From Dimorphilus gyrociliatus (taxonomy: Eukaryota; Animalia; Annelida), in assembly GCA_904063045.1 (NCBI GenBank), contig CAJFCJ010000007.1:244819-308818 (forward strand): a DNA stretch of 64,000 nucleotides, read 5' to 3'. The position numbers were made by a program, and so were the translations under genes. The number at the start of each line of letters is the position of its first letter. Position 1 is the stretch's first letter. The notes under the pieces are model-generated. The model searched no databases. It was not told the origin of the DNA and saw only the letters and a program-made list of their open reading frames with translations. Shown here one piece after another: positions 61,201 through 64,000 of the stretch.

Positions 61201-64000
61201 CAACGCAAAGCCCTTAATCATTGCAGAATCCTACCGCATTCTGCATTTTGTCTACAGCAGGGATGAAGGGCGCCAATGTTTTTTGGTATGTATGTTCTAT
61301 ACTCTTATTTTTCCATTATGTATTTTGGATTTAATTTTTAGTTTTTGTAAAGCAATTTCCATTAATAAACTAAATTAGTTTCATAATATATAGAATATAT
61401 AGAATAGGTATATATAGAAAAAAATATGCATATATCTCGTTTTCTCTATTTTCCAAGAGACTTTTAACGTCTCGGGAAATCAATCAAAAAAAAAGTAAAT
61501 TACGAGGCAATTGATTTCAGATGATCTGCATGTTGCAGAAGAGCATCTTCAAGATCAATAATTGATTTCTACTTGAGTGTAAATATGCTCAAACACGTTT
61601 TTTCTACTAAACATTGAGAATAATAACTAAATAATTAGGTAAAATCGAGTATTTATACTATTTATCTCGTAAATATTGGAATTTAAGAAGGAAGAGAGAG
61701 AGATTTATGAAAGAGAAAATGATAAATAATTAATTAATTATACAAAATAATCACGTCTTATTGAGTATGACCTTTAGTATAGAAAAGTCAAGAAAATATT
61801 TTACGTCTAATAAACTACTTAGGAAAGAGAAAGAAAAGCAATATAAGCGAATACTAAACATGAAAAGACAGACAGAACTCGTTTCCAATCGTAATCCTTC
61901 ACAATAAAACATGCAATATATGCGACAGTCTCCTTGTCAATCATACAATTGTTCGTTTCTCCACCAAATATATTTTCCTGTTTAATTGCGCGTGTAATTT
62001 ACTTTATCTATTAATAATTCGGATGACATCATAAATATATAGAATGCAACGTTGCAGAAATTTACGAATATATAATTCCCAGTTATTTTCTTTACCATTT
62101 GCTCAAATATGATTTTACCATAAAAAATTGCTACAGACAAGCGTGAACAACTATGCGAATAGTTTAATAATTAAAACGTAAAAACGTTTATAAAATAAAT
62201 AAAGACGTATTGAAATATTCAATTAGTTCAAAGATTATAGTCAATTCGAATGAATAGATGTCAGAATTACTTAAAAAAATTGAATAAATAACTATGCAGG
62301 TATTCAACACTTCATGCTTGACAGACAGAATAATACGTAGATCATGCGCTCTATCATATATGCATTATACTATAAATAAATAAATAATTTAACATCAGCT
62401 ATATGGAGTATATATTCTATATGGTTGTATACTATATATTTTATCTTGTACCAGAAAAAATCAATAGCCGCCAGGTGGCAGTGAGACTATTTCATCATCT
62501 GTCGGCGTCCAGAGCATTTAAATCCGATAAAGGGAACGTAAAGTAATTATTAAAGGATAACGTAGATGTTTATCGGAGAAAAAAAACTTTGACAATTCTC
62601 GTAAGTAAAGAAAAAGCCTGTAAGAAAGAGATGAAAGACTTTATCCCTAATCTTACAAGTAAATTAATACTAAAGTAAAGAAACAAAAATGTATTTTACG
62701 CTAGCTCGTATGTTTATAAATACTTTATGAGTAGGTAGTTTAATGTGCACATAGGATTATCTTGTTTGTCAATGGTACAACTTTTAAAAATAAATTATAC
62801 CCTATTTTATTTTCTAAAAGAATTGACATTTTCAAATGAAAAGAGAAGACTCTTTCTTCTCAGTTGATTAATTTTTGCTAATGGCTTTTAAGAGTTGTAT
62901 GCGAAAAACTTTGAAACGATTGTAGTAAGCGTTGAAAAGAGAAAAAGGAGCTGAACGGCAAAAATTGATTGGAGATAGTCAACGAAAAAAATTGCTGGAA
63001 AATCGAAAAAATAAAGAGAGGGAAGCGGGAATGTGGGATAGAGAAAGAGTACGAATATATGTGAATGTCGGGGACTGCAGTAAACAGCAGGGCTGAGAAA
63101 CATGAACTTGTCATTTGCCTAATAGCACGCATTATAAGTTATAGTGCATCCCCTAAAAGGAGGCTGCAATTGAAATAACTGGAACGGAAGCGATAGATAG
63201 AGAGAAAGAAGGAACAGACGAATGCGTACACATAAAAGAAGCACGCATGTGCCGATTGGGAGCTATGATAAAGTAAAGTACTTAAAATGGAATTTCGCAA
63301 TGTAATTAGTAAAACGTGCTCGTCAGAGCAATCCAAGCACATTGTGTGGACCTGCTAAAAAAAAAGAAAAAAGAGAAAGTAGCGAAATTTAACTCAGTTT
63401 AGGCCTAAGTACTTTTAAGCGTGAAAATAGAAATTTTTGTTGACAATATTGACGCGAACGTTGGTTACAAAAAAAAAACGGGTAAAACAGGAAAATTGCC
63501 TACCAATAACAATTATGGCGAAAAAAAATTACTAATAGAACAACAAACGAATATAATAGTTTGATATTTTTACGATTATGAATAATATTAATATTAATAA
63601 TAATAATAAAAATGATGAATAAGACTGGCATTTATAAGCTAAGATTATCAATATAAGATAGTCGCATGTGTAACCAAATAAAAATTACCACTTGCTAAAC
63701 GGTCGGACAATAGCGGGCAAATACCCAGGGGGGCAATTCACACTGATTATGTGGGCCAGATATGAGGTCTTTTCAAGTATTCAATTAGTCACAAATTACA
63801 TTCATTGATTGACGGCTTGACAGCTTGCAAGTAGGTCATGTCGCAGCGTCACCTTGGACATATTTTCACCTGTCGATTTTGAACAACTGTTCAACTCAGA
63901 AGTTTCGTTTATTGATGTGATCAAGAGAATTTCTAATTTAATCAATTGATTTTTACATATTTACAAAACTTGGTATATTCGTTTTCATTGTATTATATAT

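Noticed and set aside
1-64000. CRISPR arrays, prokaryotic systems, transposase or reverse-transcriptase ORFs, rRNA
   Set aside because: None seen. The EGF exons are diverged protein-module repeats, not repeat-spacer arrays.

Overview
This is AT-rich eukaryotic (animal) genomic DNA from a very compact genome: most introns are about 55-80 bp with GT-AG ends and many intergenic gaps are under 1 kb. That fits a miniaturised invertebrate such as a lophotrochozoan, but the species cannot be fixed from the sequence. The six-frame ORF track fragments most genes, so I rebuilt them by hand from splice signals and reading-frame phase. Gene order: VDAC (-, truncated by the window start), SAMD8/SMSr (+), ZCCHC24-like 3CxxC zinc finger (+), DUSP3/13-like phosphatase (+), MuSK/Nrk-type receptor tyrosine kinase (+), thioredoxin (+), SDR9C/RDH-like dehydrogenase (-), degenerate class A GPCR (+), FAM227 (-), an orphan single-exon ORF (+), phosphomannomutase (-), an alpha-arrestin (+) whose longest intron hosts an antisense type II membrane-protein gene (-), an unknown multi-pass membrane protein (-), a 13-kb gene for a signal peptide/EMI-like/about 54 EGF/TM receptor (-), a roughly 10-kb region with no recognisable gene, an LRRN-like LRR-Ig-FN3-TM gene (+), and about 5.7 kb of non-coding sequence. 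I found no rRNA, convincing tRNA, CRISPR array or recognisable transposase/RT ORF. The best leads are the giant EGF-rod receptor with NPxF/PPxY tail motifs, the nested antisense gene, a frame-obligatory 7-nt microexon in MuSK, and two gene neighbourhoods that echo human 10q22 and 9q31. All are manual inferences that need RNA-seq or homology searches to confirm.
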